From an uncultured Candidatus Saccharibacteria bacterium (GTDB lineage: Bacteria > Patescibacteriota > Minisyncoccia > Phycocordibacterales > UBA918), in contig CAZWYM010000003.1 of assembly GCA_964638425.1 (NCBI GenBank), positions 16,289 to 80,288 on the forward strand: DNA of 64,000 nt, given 5' to 3'. Positions 28,863-39,031 of the stretch are shown here, piece by piece (the first letter of the stretch is position 1; every line of letters starts with the position of its first letter). A program made the translations under genes and the position numbers. Below the pieces are notes generated by a model. The model was not told the origin of the DNA, did not search any database, and saw only the letters and a program-made list of their open reading frames with translations.

Positions 28863-29933
28863 ATGAAAAACTACTACGAAATTCTCGGCATTGAAAAAAA
28901 TGCGACAAAAGATGAGGTGAAAAAGGCTTTTCGTAAGTTAGCATCTAAGTACCACCCAGACAAAAAGACGGGTGATGAAGAAAAGTTCAAGGAAATCAGT
29001 GAAGCATACTCAACGCTCAGTGATGACAAGAAGCGTGCAGAATACGACACCTATGGTCGTTCATACGCAGGAGGAGGACAGCAGCAGAATGCGCAGTGGG
29101 GAGGCTTCCAAGGTGGTTTTGGAGGAGCTGGCGTTGAGTTCGACATCAATGACATCTTCGAAAACTTCGGAGACATTTTCGGTGGAGGAGGACGCGGAGG
29201 AAATCAGCGAAACGCTCGTGGTAACGACATCTCAGTCGACATCGAACTCACCTTCAAAGAGTCTATCTTTGGAACAAAGCGTTCGCTTCGCCTCATGAAG
29301 AACAATACCTGTAGTACCTGTAAGGGTTCAGGTGCAAAGGCGCAATCAGAGATGATTACCTGTACAACGTGTAACGGTAACGGGAAAATCCGCGAGACAC
29401 GCCAGAGTATCCTTGGGCAATTTGCTACCGTACGAGAATGTTCTGTATGTAGTGGTACAGGCAAGGTACCTAAGGAGAAGTGTGCAGATTGTAACGGAGT
29501 AGGTATAAAGCGAACCGAAGAAACTATCGACATCCAAGTTCCAGCAGGAATTGAACCAGGTGAAATGATACGCATGACTGGACGAGGTGAGGGTATCAAG
29601 GGAGGTACTCCGGGCGACCTCTACATCAAGGTTCATGTACAGCGACATGCAACCATTCAACGAAACGATAGTACTCTCGGAAGTACACTACGCGTAAAGC
29701 TCTCTGACGCACTTCTTGGAGGCACATACGGAGTCGAGACACTCGATGGTATCGTCAACATTAAAATCCCTGAAGGAGTGAAGCATGGAGAAATCTTACG
29801 CATTAAAGGGAAGGGTGTGCCGGTAGGCTCATCTCGTGGAGATTTCCATGTCACTATCTCAATCGACATTCCACAGAAGCTTTCTAAGACAGCCCGCAAA
29901 CTCGTAGAGGAGCTTCGCGGAGAAGGTATCTAA
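28863..29933 (+). CDS. dnaJ: chaperone DnaJ
   Basis: A J-domain ([31 protein letters not shown]), a G/F-rich region and four CxxCxGxG zinc-finger repeats. Confidence 0.95.
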   Translation: MKNYYEILGIEKNATKDEVKKAFRKLASKYHPDKKTGDEEKFKEISEAYSTLSDDKKRAEYDTYGRSYAGGGQQQNAQWGGFQGGFGGAGVEFDINDIFENFGDIFGGGGRGGNQRNARGNDISVDIELTFKESIFGTKRSLRLMKNNTCSTCKGSGAKAQSEMITCTTCNGNGKIRETRQSILGQFATVRECSVCSGTGKVPKEKCADCNGVGIKRTEETIDIQVPAGIEPGEMIRMTGRGEGIKGGTPGDLYIKVHVQRHATIQRNDSTLGSTLRVKLSDALLGGTYGVETLDGIVNIKIPEGVKHGEILRIKGKGVPVGSSRGDFHVTISIDIPQKLSKTARKLVEELRGEGI

Positions 29934-29975
29934 ACGAAAATAAAACACGCCTTCGTGTGTTTTTACGTTTAGATA

Positions 29976-30111
29976 AGCCGGAATGATGCTTTGACTACCC
30001 CTAATGTCAAAGCGAATGAGGCAGGACAGGAGATTCTTAGTAAGCGTAGCGAACTTAGAAATCTGCGTTCAAGCGAGTAAAACCCCCATGACTACGTCAT
30101 GGGGGTTTTCT
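29976..30111 (+). ncRNA. candidate small RNA / structured leader ending in strong terminator
   Basis: A ~135 nt non-coding stretch between dnaJ and the next gene. It contains the hairpin CTTTGAC-N10-GTCAAAG and ends in the terminator CCCCCATGAC-tacg-TCATGGGGGTTTTC at 30081-30111. No known RNA family motif was recognised. Confidence 0.2.
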
Positions 30112-30176
30112 TAACGTCTCGTGTGTTAGTCACACTCAGTACTAAAATCGAGTACAAAAAAGACTATAATACTCAT

Positions 30177-30656
30177 ATGGAAACAGCGGGGATAATGACG
30201 TTACTCAAAGAGTCTATTTTTATGATTGCAGTATTTTCTGTCTTTCTTTTCTATGCAATGGGAAAGGGAAGATATGCACTCATTAATGTTATTTTCTCAT
30301 TGTATTTAGCACTCCTCATCTCAATCAAGTTCCCATACTACAACGAATTCGCAGGGGGAGCAGGGGAGAGCAGTGCAGTAGCAAAGATTCTTATTTTCCT
30401 CGCGTTCGTTATCACTGGCATTCTTCTCTTCAGACGCCACGTCCCTGGAGATGACTACGAGCCAGCTTTTCATGGACTCTGGAAGAAGATCATTCTTTCG
30501 GGTATGGCGACTGTCCTCATCATGATTTTTAGCTTCCACGCACTTCCCGTGACCGAAATCATCACCCCAGGTACTCCTATTCAGTCTCTCTTTGCGTCTC
30601 CAGAGAACTTCTTCTGGTGGCTCATCCTTCCCATCGTCGTCCTCTTCTTTGTGTAA
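30177..30656 (+). CDS. hypothetical small integral membrane protein
   Basis: 4-5 TM helices. The start was set at ATG 30177 (METAGIMTLL…) because the ORF caller's 30099 start lies inside the terminator hairpin. Confidence 0.35.
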   Translation: METAGIMTLLKESIFMIAVFSVFLFYAMGKGRYALINVIFSLYLALLISIKFPYYNEFAGGAGESSAVAKILIFLAFVITGILLFRRHVPGDDYEPAFHGLWKKIILSGMATVLIMIFSFHALPVTEIITPGTPIQSLFASPENFFWWLILPIVVLFFV

Positions 30657-30827
30657 AGCATTAAGATTCTAAGGCAGTTGCATTGATTTTTTGCATAATT
30701 CTGGTATAGTTTTTTTGTTACATTATATTGTTTGCTTGTGCTGCAAAACGCATCGTCTGCACAGTCTGGCAGGCTTTTTTATTAAAAAGTGAGTTACCAT
30801 TGAGTATATTTAATCAGTAAAGAAACC

Positions 30828-32255
30828 ATGAGCAACATACCAGAATATTCTACACAGTTCGAAGGTCCAATAATCATCATTGGTTTCGGTTCAATAGGTA
30901 AGGCGGTTCTTCCGCTCGTGCATCGTCATCTCATTTCAAGTACTAAGAATGTTTTTATATTCAGTCCAGACGACCGCAATCTTGCAATCGCACAAGAATA
31001 CGGCGCAACATTCATAAAGGAGGCAATCACTAAAGAAAACTACAAGCAACTCCTTGGAGACATCGTAAAGAGTAGCCCGCATCAATCCCTTATCATCAAC
31101 GTATCTGTAGATGTTGAAACGAAGGACATCATTCGCTTTGCTCAAGAAACAGGAAGTCTTTCTATAGATACCTCAATAGACCCATGGCCAGGGTTCTACT
31201 ACAACGAGGATCTCTCACTTGAAGAACGTTCAAACTACGCACTCCGCGAAAACCTTCTTGAACTCAGAAAGAGTAGTCCAAGTAAAACAACGGCAGTCTC
31301 ATGCTGTGGTGCAAACCCAGGTATGGTTTCATGGCTCGTCAAAGAAGCGCTTCTTAATCTTGCGAAAGATACCGGACTCGAAGTAACCAAACCAAAGACA
31401 CGAGAAGAGTGGGCGAAGCTCATGCAAAAGCTTGAAGTGAAGGGTATCCATATTGCCGAACGCGATTCTCAAAAGCCTGTTGTCGATAAGAAGCCTGGAT
31501 GCTTTGTAAACACATGGTCAGTCGATGGTTTCCTTTTTGAAAGTCTCCAGCCAGCAGAACTCGGATGGGGAACACACGAGAAGCAACTTCCACTAAACGG
31601 AAAGGAGCATGAGTATGGGTGTAAGGCAGGTATATACATAAACACCCCAGCACTCGGCGTACACGTACAGACATGGACACCAACGACAGGGACACACCAT
31701 GCATTTCTCGTGACACACAATGAGGCTATTTCTATTGCTGATTACTTCACGGTGAAAGAAGGGGACGAAGTGGCATATCGACCAACCTGCCACTATGCAT
31801 ACCGACCTACAGAAGCAACCATTACCTCAGTCAATGAAGTAATACGAAATAACTACACTCCACTCGCAGAAACACACGTGCTTGAAGCAGGCGAAATTGA
31901 GAGTGGTATGGACGAACTCGGCGTTCTTCTCTATGGCCACAAGAAAAATGCATACTGGTATGGTTCACAACTCACCATAGAAGAAGCCCGTGCGCTTGTC
32001 CCACACCAAAACGCAACAGGGCTTCAAGTAGCCTCTGCTCTTATTGCTGGAGCAATATGGGCAATCCGTCATCCTGAAGAAGGACTCGTCGAGGTGGACG
32101 AAATTGACTTTGAAGAATGTCTCGAGCTCCAAAAACCATACCTCGGAAAGGTAGCTGGCTACTACACAGACTGGAATCCACTCCAGAGCATGTCAGGGGA
32201 GCATATGCTCAAAGACGACGAAGACCCATGGCAGTTTTCAAATATCAGAGTATAG
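30828..32255 (+). CDS. hss: homospermidine synthase
   Basis: Collinear similarity over the full 475 aa to bacterial homospermidine synthase, with the motifs GPIIIIGFGSIG, SNYALRE, TAVSCCGANPGMVSW, GIHIAERD, NTWSV, AELGWGTHE, PTCHYAY, LGVLLYGH and NATGLQVA. Confidence 0.85.
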   Translation: MSNIPEYSTQFEGPIIIIGFGSIGKAVLPLVHRHLISSTKNVFIFSPDDRNLAIAQEYGATFIKEAITKENYKQLLGDIVKSSPHQSLIINVSVDVETKDIIRFAQETGSLSIDTSIDPWPGFYYNEDLSLEERSNYALRENLLELRKSSPSKTTAVSCCGANPGMVSWLVKEALLNLAKDTGLEVTKPKTREEWAKLMQKLEVKGIHIAERDSQKPVVDKKPGCFVNTWSVDGFLFESLQPAELGWGTHEKQLPLNGKEHEYGCKAGIYINTPALGVHVQTWTPTTGTHHAFLVTHNEAISIADYFTVKEGDEVAYRPTCHYAYRPTEATITSVNEVIRNNYTPLAETHVLEAGEIESGMDELGVLLYGHKKNAYWYGSQLTIEEARALVPHQNATGLQVASALIAGAIWAIRHPEEGLVEVDEIDFEECLELQKPYLGKVAGYYTDWNPLQSMSGEHMLKDDEDPWQFSNIRV

Positions 32256-32330
32256 GAATCCACTTTAGTTTAAATTATAGGTAATTTGACGTAATCAGAT
32301 ATTGTGGTAGAATAATCGCAGTCAAAAATT

Positions 32331-33068
32331 TTGGAGAATCACATGGAAAGTTCTTTAACAACTTGGTTTGAATGGATACTTGAGTTTCTCATATTAAATT
32401 GGGATGAAACGTTCTACAGTGCACTTGAATTACTACCGCGGACTGGTGCGGAGACATTTTGTCTTATAGCTGCAGTGTGCCAAATCGTAGGGTATTACTT
32501 GTACGGCAAGCATGTTTTAGGTGGTGAAACACGACCAAATATCGCTTCATGGGGTATGTGGTTTTTTGGAGCAGTAGTTGACCTCGTCACCTACGACTCC
32601 ATACGTGGAAGTCACTGGACAACTAATGCGGCGCCGTTTGCATGTTCACTTGGCGTTCTTGGTGTCACACTTATTATTCTCTATCTACATGTTAGAAGTA
32701 GAATGCATGGCATAAGACCTGTTTACCAAACTCTTGAAAAGGGGGATAAATATTTTTCACTTTTCGACGTAAGTGCAGCAATTGTTTGGATGCGTGGATA
32801 CGGCACATTAGGGAATTTTATTTCTGTCGGTACGACAGTATTCCAATTCTTTCCAATGTACCGCGAGACATACAAAAACCCATCAGTTGAAAAACCAGAT
32901 CCTTGGATTTGGTGGAGCTTTGCATGGGGGTTTATGGTCGTAGCAGTTGCTGTTGGTCCAGGGGCAGATAGTTGGGCGTTATACTTCTTACCACTATGGT
33001 ACCTCATGCTTCATGCAATTATGGTTCCACTCTGCCTGAGAAAAGTACCGCAAACTGCATGTGTATGA
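32331..33068 (+). CDS. hypothetical integral membrane protein
   Basis: A 245 aa ORF with about 6 TM helices and no motif recognised. Confidence 0.35.
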   Translation: MENHMESSLTTWFEWILEFLILNWDETFYSALELLPRTGAETFCLIAAVCQIVGYYLYGKHVLGGETRPNIASWGMWFFGAVVDLVTYDSIRGSHWTTNAAPFACSLGVLGVTLIILYLHVRSRMHGIRPVYQTLEKGDKYFSLFDVSAAIVWMRGYGTLGNFISVGTTVFQFFPMYRETYKNPSVEKPDPWIWWSFAWGFMVVAVAVGPGADSWALYFLPLWYLMLHAIMVPLCLRKVPQTACV

Positions 33069-33094
33069 AACTCTAATATTAGTTCTCAAATCAA

Positions 33095-33124
33095 AAGACA
33101 CTCTCACGAGTGTCTTTTTTTTAT
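33095..33124 (+). terminator. rho-independent terminator
   Basis: AAAAGACACTC-tcac-GAGTGTCTTTTTTTT. Confidence 0.55.
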
Positions 33125-33354
33125 TTAAATAAAATTCATATCTGTGGATAGCAGAATTAATTTTATAATTTCAGGATTGTGGGATGCTATAATATTAATA
33201 ATGCACTTTGGGAAAAAATTTAGCACAGGTATAAGATTCACTTTTATCTTTTGTACTGTTCTTTCAGTACTAGCTATTTTTTATTCTAAGATTATTGCCC
33301 ACGATTACGAAATACTTACCACTGAATCAGGGTTACCTGATATAGAAATTACGT

Positions 33355-35046
33355 ATGAGAATTGATCCTACATATTGTTCTTGGGACACTTCACCTTTTT
33401 TGCTGATTTTTTCTGACAACGTATCAGAGAATTTTGTTTACTATTCGCATATTCTACCGGCTCTTTTCATTCTCATTTTTATTGCCGTCCTACTGAAACA
33501 AGATTTCAGCAATAAACTTGTAAAGGTTATTGCTGTTATTGCAATGTCATTTACAGCGTGGAGCCTATCGGATCTTATGCTTTGGTCGCAGGCAAATCCA
33601 GATTACATAATGTTTTTCTGGTCTATCCTCATCTATTTTGAAATATTCATATATATAGGCTCATTGTACTTCATGTACTACTTTATCGAGAAGAGAACCC
33701 TCACTTGGGTGCATGAACTTCTTATTTTTATACTATGTATTCCTATTTTTTTATTTGCACACACATCATTAAATTTGGCTAGCTTTGATTATACAAACTG
33801 CCTCAAAGAAGCTGTTGAAGGACCGCTTGTTGCATACGCATATGCCGTTGAACTAGTTATTGCAGTTTGGATATTACTTTATTCGATTAGCGCATACTTC
33901 AAGAAAAGTATCGAAAAAAATAAAAGAGAGATTGCCCTTGCTTCTACTGGTGTTCTACTGTTTTTGTTCTCATTTTCATTTGGAAACATTTTTGGTTCCT
34001 TTGACACAAATTACGAACTTGGACAACTTGGTCTCATGGCTACGCCAATTTTTATTGGTATCCTTGCATATATCAGCATCAAGTACGGAACATTTAACAT
34101 ACGGGCGATTGGAGCTGAGATTCTTATCGTCGCAATAATTCTTCTCATTGTTTCGATTCTTTTTAATACTGATATTCAAAATATTAGAATAACAGCAGGC
34201 TTCACTGCACTCATGACATCTATTCTTGGGTACATGCTCATTAAGAGTGTTAAACGAGAGGTAAAACTCCGTGAACAAATTGAAGAACTTGCATCTAATC
34301 TCCAAGTCGCAAACGACCGGCTTAAGGTGCTCGACAAGATGAAGTCAGAGTTCGTTTCTATTGCATCACACCAACTTCGTAGTCCGCTTACTGCTATCCG
34401 CGGGTACGCATCAATGCTTGAAGAAGGAACGTACGGAAAGATTCCTGCAAAGGCAGGGGAGGCACTCAACAAAATTGTTGAGTCGAGTAGATTTATGGCA
34501 CTTTCTATTGAAGACTACCTCAACGTATCTCGTATTGAAGCAGGGAACATGAAGTATGAAATGACCGATTTCAACCTCCGTGAACTTACCGAAAAACTCG
34601 TTGACGAACTCCGCCCAGTCGCAATCAAGAAGGGGCTCGTGATGGTATTCCGCTCAGAGTGTAATGGAAGTTGTTCTATTAGTGCGGACATCGGGAAGAC
34701 ACGTCAGATTCTCTCAAACCTCATTGATAACTCTATGAAGTACACTCCAAAGGGAACTATTACTGTAGTCGCTCACGACGACCCAAAGACTAAGAAAATG
34801 CTCATCACCATTCAAGACACTGGAATTGGAATGGACATGGAAACACAAGAGGATGTATTTGAAAAATTTGTTCGAGCAAAGAACGCGAACAGCGTAAACG
34901 TAACCGGTACAGGCCTCGGTCTCTACATTGCAAAGAAGATGATTCTCGAAATGAAGGGTAACGTCACCGTACACTCAGACGGAGAAGGAAAGGGTTCAAC
35001 ATTCACCGTAGAATTCCCACTCCTCCCCGGCAAAACCATGCGGTAA
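33355..35046 (+). CDS. sensor histidine kinase with multi-TM N-terminal sensor domain
   Basis: A HisKA H-box (FVSIASHQLRSPLTAIRGY) and an HATPase_c with N, G1 and G2 boxes (NLIDNSMKYT…DTGIGM…GTGLGLYI). There are more than 6 N-terminal TM helices. The exact start is uncertain. The upstream 73-aa ORF 33144..33365 could be a further TM segment. Confidence 0.8.
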   Translation: MRIDPTYCSWDTSPFLLIFSDNVSENFVYYSHILPALFILIFIAVLLKQDFSNKLVKVIAVIAMSFTAWSLSDLMLWSQANPDYIMFFWSILIYFEIFIYIGSLYFMYYFIEKRTLTWVHELLIFILCIPIFLFAHTSLNLASFDYTNCLKEAVEGPLVAYAYAVELVIAVWILLYSISAYFKKSIEKNKREIALASTGVLLFLFSFSFGNIFGSFDTNYELGQLGLMATPIFIGILAYISIKYGTFNIRAIGAEILIVAIILLIVSILFNTDIQNIRITAGFTALMTSILGYMLIKSVKREVKLREQIEELASNLQVANDRLKVLDKMKSEFVSIASHQLRSPLTAIRGYASMLEEGTYGKIPAKAGEALNKIVESSRFMALSIEDYLNVSRIEAGNMKYEMTDFNLRELTEKLVDELRPVAIKKGLVMVFRSECNGSCSISADIGKTRQILSNLIDNSMKYTPKGTITVVAHDDPKTKKMLITIQDTGIGMDMETQEDVFEKFVRAKNANSVNVTGTGLGLYIAKKMILEMKGNVTVHSDGEGKGSTFTVEFPLLPGKTMR

Positions 35047-35059
35047 TAGAATTATATTC

Positions 35060-35896
35060 ATGGAGAAAACTCATTTTTTAAATGGCAGATTTGTTTCGGA
35101 AAGTGAGCTTCTCATTTCTCCACGTGATCTTGGGTATTCACGAGGATATGCTGTATTTGATTTTTTGGTTACTTATCATCATAGGCCTTTTATGTTAAAA
35201 AGCCATGTTGACCGCCTTTTTCGTTCAGCTGAAGCAATAACACTTTATATTCCATGGACAAAAGAACAAGTTTCGGAGTGGATATTAAAGACTCTTGATG
35301 CTAATAAAGCAATGAATACTGAAAAAGTAATACGTATAACGATTTCAGGCGGTTCCTCGTTTATACTAACTCCTACAGATTCACCAACTATTGTAATCAC
35401 AATTGACTCTATGATTTACTGCTCTCCAGAAAACTATAAAGATGGGGTTGAGGTGAATTTGGTTGAATTTCAACGCTATCTACCTCAAGCGAAGACAAAT
35501 AATTATATTGAAGCAATTCGTAGTATGAACGGATCAAATACTCAAAATATCGATGAATTGATATACCACTCCAATGGTATGGTGCATGAAGGATCTCGTT
35601 GTAATATTTTTGCTGCCATAAATGGAAGACTTCTCACCCCTAAAACTAATATTCTTGAAGGGATAACACGAGGTGTGTTACTTGATATCCTAAAATTGAC
35701 AGTTCCAGTTGTAGCTGAGGATTTTTCAGTTGATGCCTTACATTCGGCATCTGAGATATTCCTCACCGCAACAGGTAAAGAGATAATGCCTGTAACTAAA
35801 ATAAACGGTGTTCGAGTAGGAAGTGGTTCAGTTGGTACTCTCACTAAGGGGGTTATGCAACAGTACAACTCTTTTGTTCACTCAGCTCTTTGGTAG
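35060..35896 (+). CDS. class IV aminotransferase (branched-chain/D-amino-acid aminotransferase fold)
   Basis: A 278 aa ORF with fold-type IV PLP enzyme pattern. The N-terminal region matches YSRGYAVFDFL. Later motifs are EGSRCNIF and GITRG. Confidence 0.75.
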   Translation: MEKTHFLNGRFVSESELLISPRDLGYSRGYAVFDFLVTYHHRPFMLKSHVDRLFRSAEAITLYIPWTKEQVSEWILKTLDANKAMNTEKVIRITISGGSSFILTPTDSPTIVITIDSMIYCSPENYKDGVEVNLVEFQRYLPQAKTNNYIEAIRSMNGSNTQNIDELIYHSNGMVHEGSRCNIFAAINGRLLTPKTNILEGITRGVLLDILKLTVPVVAEDFSVDALHSASEIFLTATGKEIMPVTKINGVRVGSGSVGTLTKGVMQQYNSFVHSALW

Positions 35897-35911
35897 TAAT
35901 GGTTCTAATTA

Positions 35912-36724
35912 CTAACTCCACATTGATAATGAATCGTTTTTGAGTGTCAAAAACGAATTAAGTGTTAGTCTGGTCTCACCAGGGCTGATTTGTTCAACCT
36001 GATGGAAATTTCGACTGCGGAAAATAATTAAATCGCCAGTCTCAGGAAAAATCTTTGTAGGTCTTTCATTTTGTAGGAATGATGGATTAAATCCATTTGG
36101 ACCTTTTTCAAAAATATCTTCATTATAAATATTATCCTCAGGTATCCAAGGGTGATTATAGATAATTAATTCTCCCCCTACACTTGGCATCTGTAGATAC
36201 AGAACGATAGCAAATTGTTCTTCTGATGCAGATACTTCCCACCCAGGGAGTTGGCTTGGTGCGTAGTCAAAATGTAATGTACTTTTTGCCCCCATTGCTC
36301 GGACAAGACCGGAAAAATAAACCGCATTATGCATGCTAGGTTCGTGCGCTAGAGATACAACATAGTCTTTTGAAAACAACTTGATTATTTTCTGAATAGG
36401 TTCTGATACACCAGAAAACATTTCGTCCTTGACTCGGACACATTCTGGAACAAGCTTGAAATAAAGGTCCTTTCCATTTATCTTGGAGTGGTATTCTGTT
36501 GCACTTATTCCAATCCTCCCTTGTCTATACTCAGCATCTTTATACCATGATATGTCATGCTCGTTGATGTTTTTTACGATGATATCTAGTTCATTTTGAT
36601 CAAAAAAATTCGAGATCTTAATTGCTGCAATATTGTTTGTAGCTAATAAAGGTAAGAGCACCTTTGCTTCCAGATCCCTATCAGCTTCTACTTTCTTTAT
36701 TTCCCAGTCTTTTGCATATTCCAT
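35912..36724 (-). CDS. Fe(II)/2-oxoglutarate-dependent oxygenase-like protein
   Basis: An HxD (LHFDYAP)…H (NFHQVEQI)…RxT (RLTLNSF) arrangement typical of the 2OG-oxygenase facial triad plus 2OG-binding Arg. The size fits the PhyH/hydroxylase class. Confidence 0.5.
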   Translation of the reverse strand: MEYAKDWEIKKVEADRDLEAKVLLPLLATNNIAAIKISNFFDQNELDIIVKNINEHDISWYKDAEYRQGRIGISATEYHSKINGKDLYFKLVPECVRVKDEMFSGVSEPIQKIIKLFSKDYVVSLAHEPSMHNAVYFSGLVRAMGAKSTLHFDYAPSQLPGWEVSASEEQFAIVLYLQMPSVGGELIIYNHPWIPEDNIYNEDIFEKGPNGFNPSFLQNERPTKIFPETGDLIIFRSRNFHQVEQISPGETRLTLNSFLTLKNDSLSMWS

Positions 36725-36806
36725 GATGTGAATAAATTATACCACCATAAGTCATATATGTTCAGATTATTTGCAAAGTGTTACAATTTCCATACACATA
36801 TACAAT

Positions 36807-38258
36807 ATGGAGCCGGTAAATATCATTATTATTGGAGTAGGACCCCATGCTCGGAGAATTTATATTCCAATACTCATGGAGCTTTCTAAAAGTATGCCCA
36901 TACGTTTGGTTGGGGCTGTGGACCTGCAGAAACAAAAAGAAGTCGTTGATTTGTATTTGAAGGAGAAAGAATGCTTCCTAAAGGCATTATATTTTGATCC
37001 ATTTGACGCAGCAGAGGGGTTGCCAGATAATTGTATAATCACACTTGATACTCTTGTTAAAGATTTAAATATACATGGCGTGGTGATTTCTACAGAGCCA
37101 ACCGCACACAAGGTGTATGCAGAATGGGCATTAAAGCGTGGCCTGCATATTCTTATGGATAAACCTATCTCTGTGAGAAAATCTATTTGTACAGAATCCT
37201 CACAAGCACAGGCCCTAATAAAGGATTACGAGGATTTGTTAGAGTTATACAATCAGCAACAACTCATTCGACCAACTGCCTTTTCAATTAGTGCACAAAG
37301 GAGATACGAATATGGATTTGAGATGGCGAAAAAATTAATTGCAGAAGTAAGAGATCGGTTTAATATGCCAGTCACTTCAATTCAAGCCATGCACGCAGAT
37401 GGAACGTGGATGTTCCCCAAAGAGGTCCTTTCCCAAGAATCTCATCGACACTTTGATGGTTATGGAAAAGTTTCTCATAGTGGCTACCATATATTTGATA
37501 TGGTGTGGCAATTATATGAAGCTGGACTCGTCGACAAAAAACGACCAGACCACCTAGAAATTCTTTCGTCCCCATTATTGCCAAGTGGCCTTAGTATTGA
37601 TCTGAATGAAAATGATTATCAAAAATATTTTGGTCACGAGTATGAATCAATACCACTTTCGGAGAAGGAGTACAGAGAAAAGGTTAAAACATATGGTGAA
37701 ATTGACTCCTTCAATATCATCAGACTTTTAAAGGGAAACGAGAATATTTGTAATATTTCTATAAATCTACTTCATAGTAGTTTTTCCCGACGTTCATGGG
37801 CAATACCTAATGCAGACCGATATAAAGGAAACGGTCGCGTTAAGCATCAGCAGTTCATTATTCAACAAGGACCATTCCAATGCATTCAAATCCATAACTA
37901 CCAGTCAAAAGGTTCTCATGATGTTGACAATTCAACTGAGTATGGAGCTGGCGGTAATAATCATTTTGATATTTACGTCTTTCGTAATAGAGAAATGTTC
38001 GGATCTGGAGAAGCTTTTTATAAAGTATCAGCCAAGGACCTCGAGGAGAAGGAGTGTGTAAGTCGACTGAATGTTGAAAATGCAAAAGAACGTGTGATTT
38101 TAGAATTTGTAAACTTTATGCTCGGAAAAGTTAATGTAGATAATTTAAAATCAAACATAGACACACACAACATACCTGTTAAGATTATGAGTGGTGTATA
38201 TCAATCAAGTATACGACTAATTAATCATCAGAATCCTTTAATATCAATGTCAATATGA
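36807..38258 (+). CDS. Gfo/Idh/MocA-family NAD(P)-dependent oxidoreductase-like protein
   Basis: An N-terminal Rossmann motif (IIIIGVGPHARRIYIPIL) and a conserved EKP-like region (ILMDKPIS). The C-terminal extension is long. Confidence 0.5.
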   Translation: MEPVNIIIIGVGPHARRIYIPILMELSKSMPIRLVGAVDLQKQKEVVDLYLKEKECFLKALYFDPFDAAEGLPDNCIITLDTLVKDLNIHGVVISTEPTAHKVYAEWALKRGLHILMDKPISVRKSICTESSQAQALIKDYEDLLELYNQQQLIRPTAFSISAQRRYEYGFEMAKKLIAEVRDRFNMPVTSIQAMHADGTWMFPKEVLSQESHRHFDGYGKVSHSGYHIFDMVWQLYEAGLVDKKRPDHLEILSSPLLPSGLSIDLNENDYQKYFGHEYESIPLSEKEYREKVKTYGEIDSFNIIRLLKGNENICNISINLLHSSFSRRSWAIPNADRYKGNGRVKHQQFIIQQGPFQCIQIHNYQSKGSHDVDNSTEYGAGGNNHFDIYVFRNREMFGSGEAFYKVSAKDLEEKECVSRLNVENAKERVILEFVNFMLGKVNVDNLKSNIDTHNIPVKIMSGVYQSSIRLINHQNPLISMSI

Positions 38259-38890
38259 AAGGCTCAATCTATTTAATCGGCGGTGGCGAAATTGGAAAAG
38301 GTGAAACTGCAAAAATTGATAATGAGTTAATAGAAATTACTCCTGCGGACAAGACACTTGTTTTTTTTGGCACAGCAGCAGGGGATAATCGAGAGTATAT
38401 TAATACGATTGAGTCGGTTTTTAAGTCCAACCTAAAGGTTATTGCTCCAACAGAGAAAGATGGTCCTGAGTTCGCACTCTCTTCCATAAATTCTGCATCA
38501 ATTATATATCTAGGAGGAGGTACAACCGAATTATTGTTAAATCTCTTTGAGAAATGGAGGCTTGTTCAGCCACTCCGTCACGCATTAAGTCGCGGAGCGC
38601 ATCTTGTAGGAATGAGTGCAGGGGCACAAGCTTTATCAGCATGGTATGTTCATGAGGATGAGAACTCTATGGAACTGCGAAGAGGATGGGGTTTCGTTTC
38701 CAGCTGTATACTTGTACATGCAGATCAGAATTCATCAGCACAAGCGGAAGTACTCTGGGGAGATAGCCAAGATGCTAACCAAAATCCTTTTATAGCGATT
38801 GGAGAAGGTGCAGCATGGCGTGTAAATCCTTCAGGGGCATTGAAAATTGGGACCGGCAAAATATGGCATTCCAAAATCACTGAATCATAA
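38255..38890 (+). CDS. peptidase S51 family (dipeptidase E/cyanophycinase-like)
   Basis: An IYLGGGTTELL motif and the nucleophile-elbow GMSAGAQAL match the S51 family. It is translationally coupled to the upstream gene by an ATGA overlap. Confidence 0.65.
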   Translation: MKGSIYLIGGGEIGKGETAKIDNELIEITPADKTLVFFGTAAGDNREYINTIESVFKSNLKVIAPTEKDGPEFALSSINSASIIYLGGGTTELLLNLFEKWRLVQPLRHALSRGAHLVGMSAGAQALSAWYVHEDENSMELRRGWGFVSSCILVHADQNSSAQAEVLWGDSQDANQNPFIAIGEGAAWRVNPSGALKIGTGKIWHSKITES

Positions 38891-38957
38891 AGAAATGCGT
38901 TGTCCTCAATCCACTTTTTCTGACATAGTGCATTAAAAATGCCCCATTTTTTAATTA

Positions 38958-38986
38958 TTGACTATAATTATTTTCTATCGTATATT
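38958..38986 (+). promoter_or_regulatory. sigma70-like promoter TTGACT-N17-TATATT plus strong SD (AAGGAG) for AlaRS-like gene
   Basis: The -35 is at 38958-38963 and the -10 at 38981-38986. AAGGAG lies 7 nt before ATG 39032. Confidence 0.5.
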
Positions 38987-39031
38987 AATTAATAGTTTCG
39001 CTCATTGTAATCAAACATAAGGAGAATCGTC

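Noticed and set aside
29976-30111. SRP (4.5S) RNA identity for the structured segment after dnaJ
   Set aside because: It lacks the conserved domain IV GGAA tetraloop and the AGCAG/CAGG symmetric-loop motifs.
33144-33365. 73-aa hydrophobic ORF as an independent gene
   Set aside because: It is more probably an N-terminal TM extension or alternative start of the adjacent histidine kinase. It is kept only as a note under the kinase.
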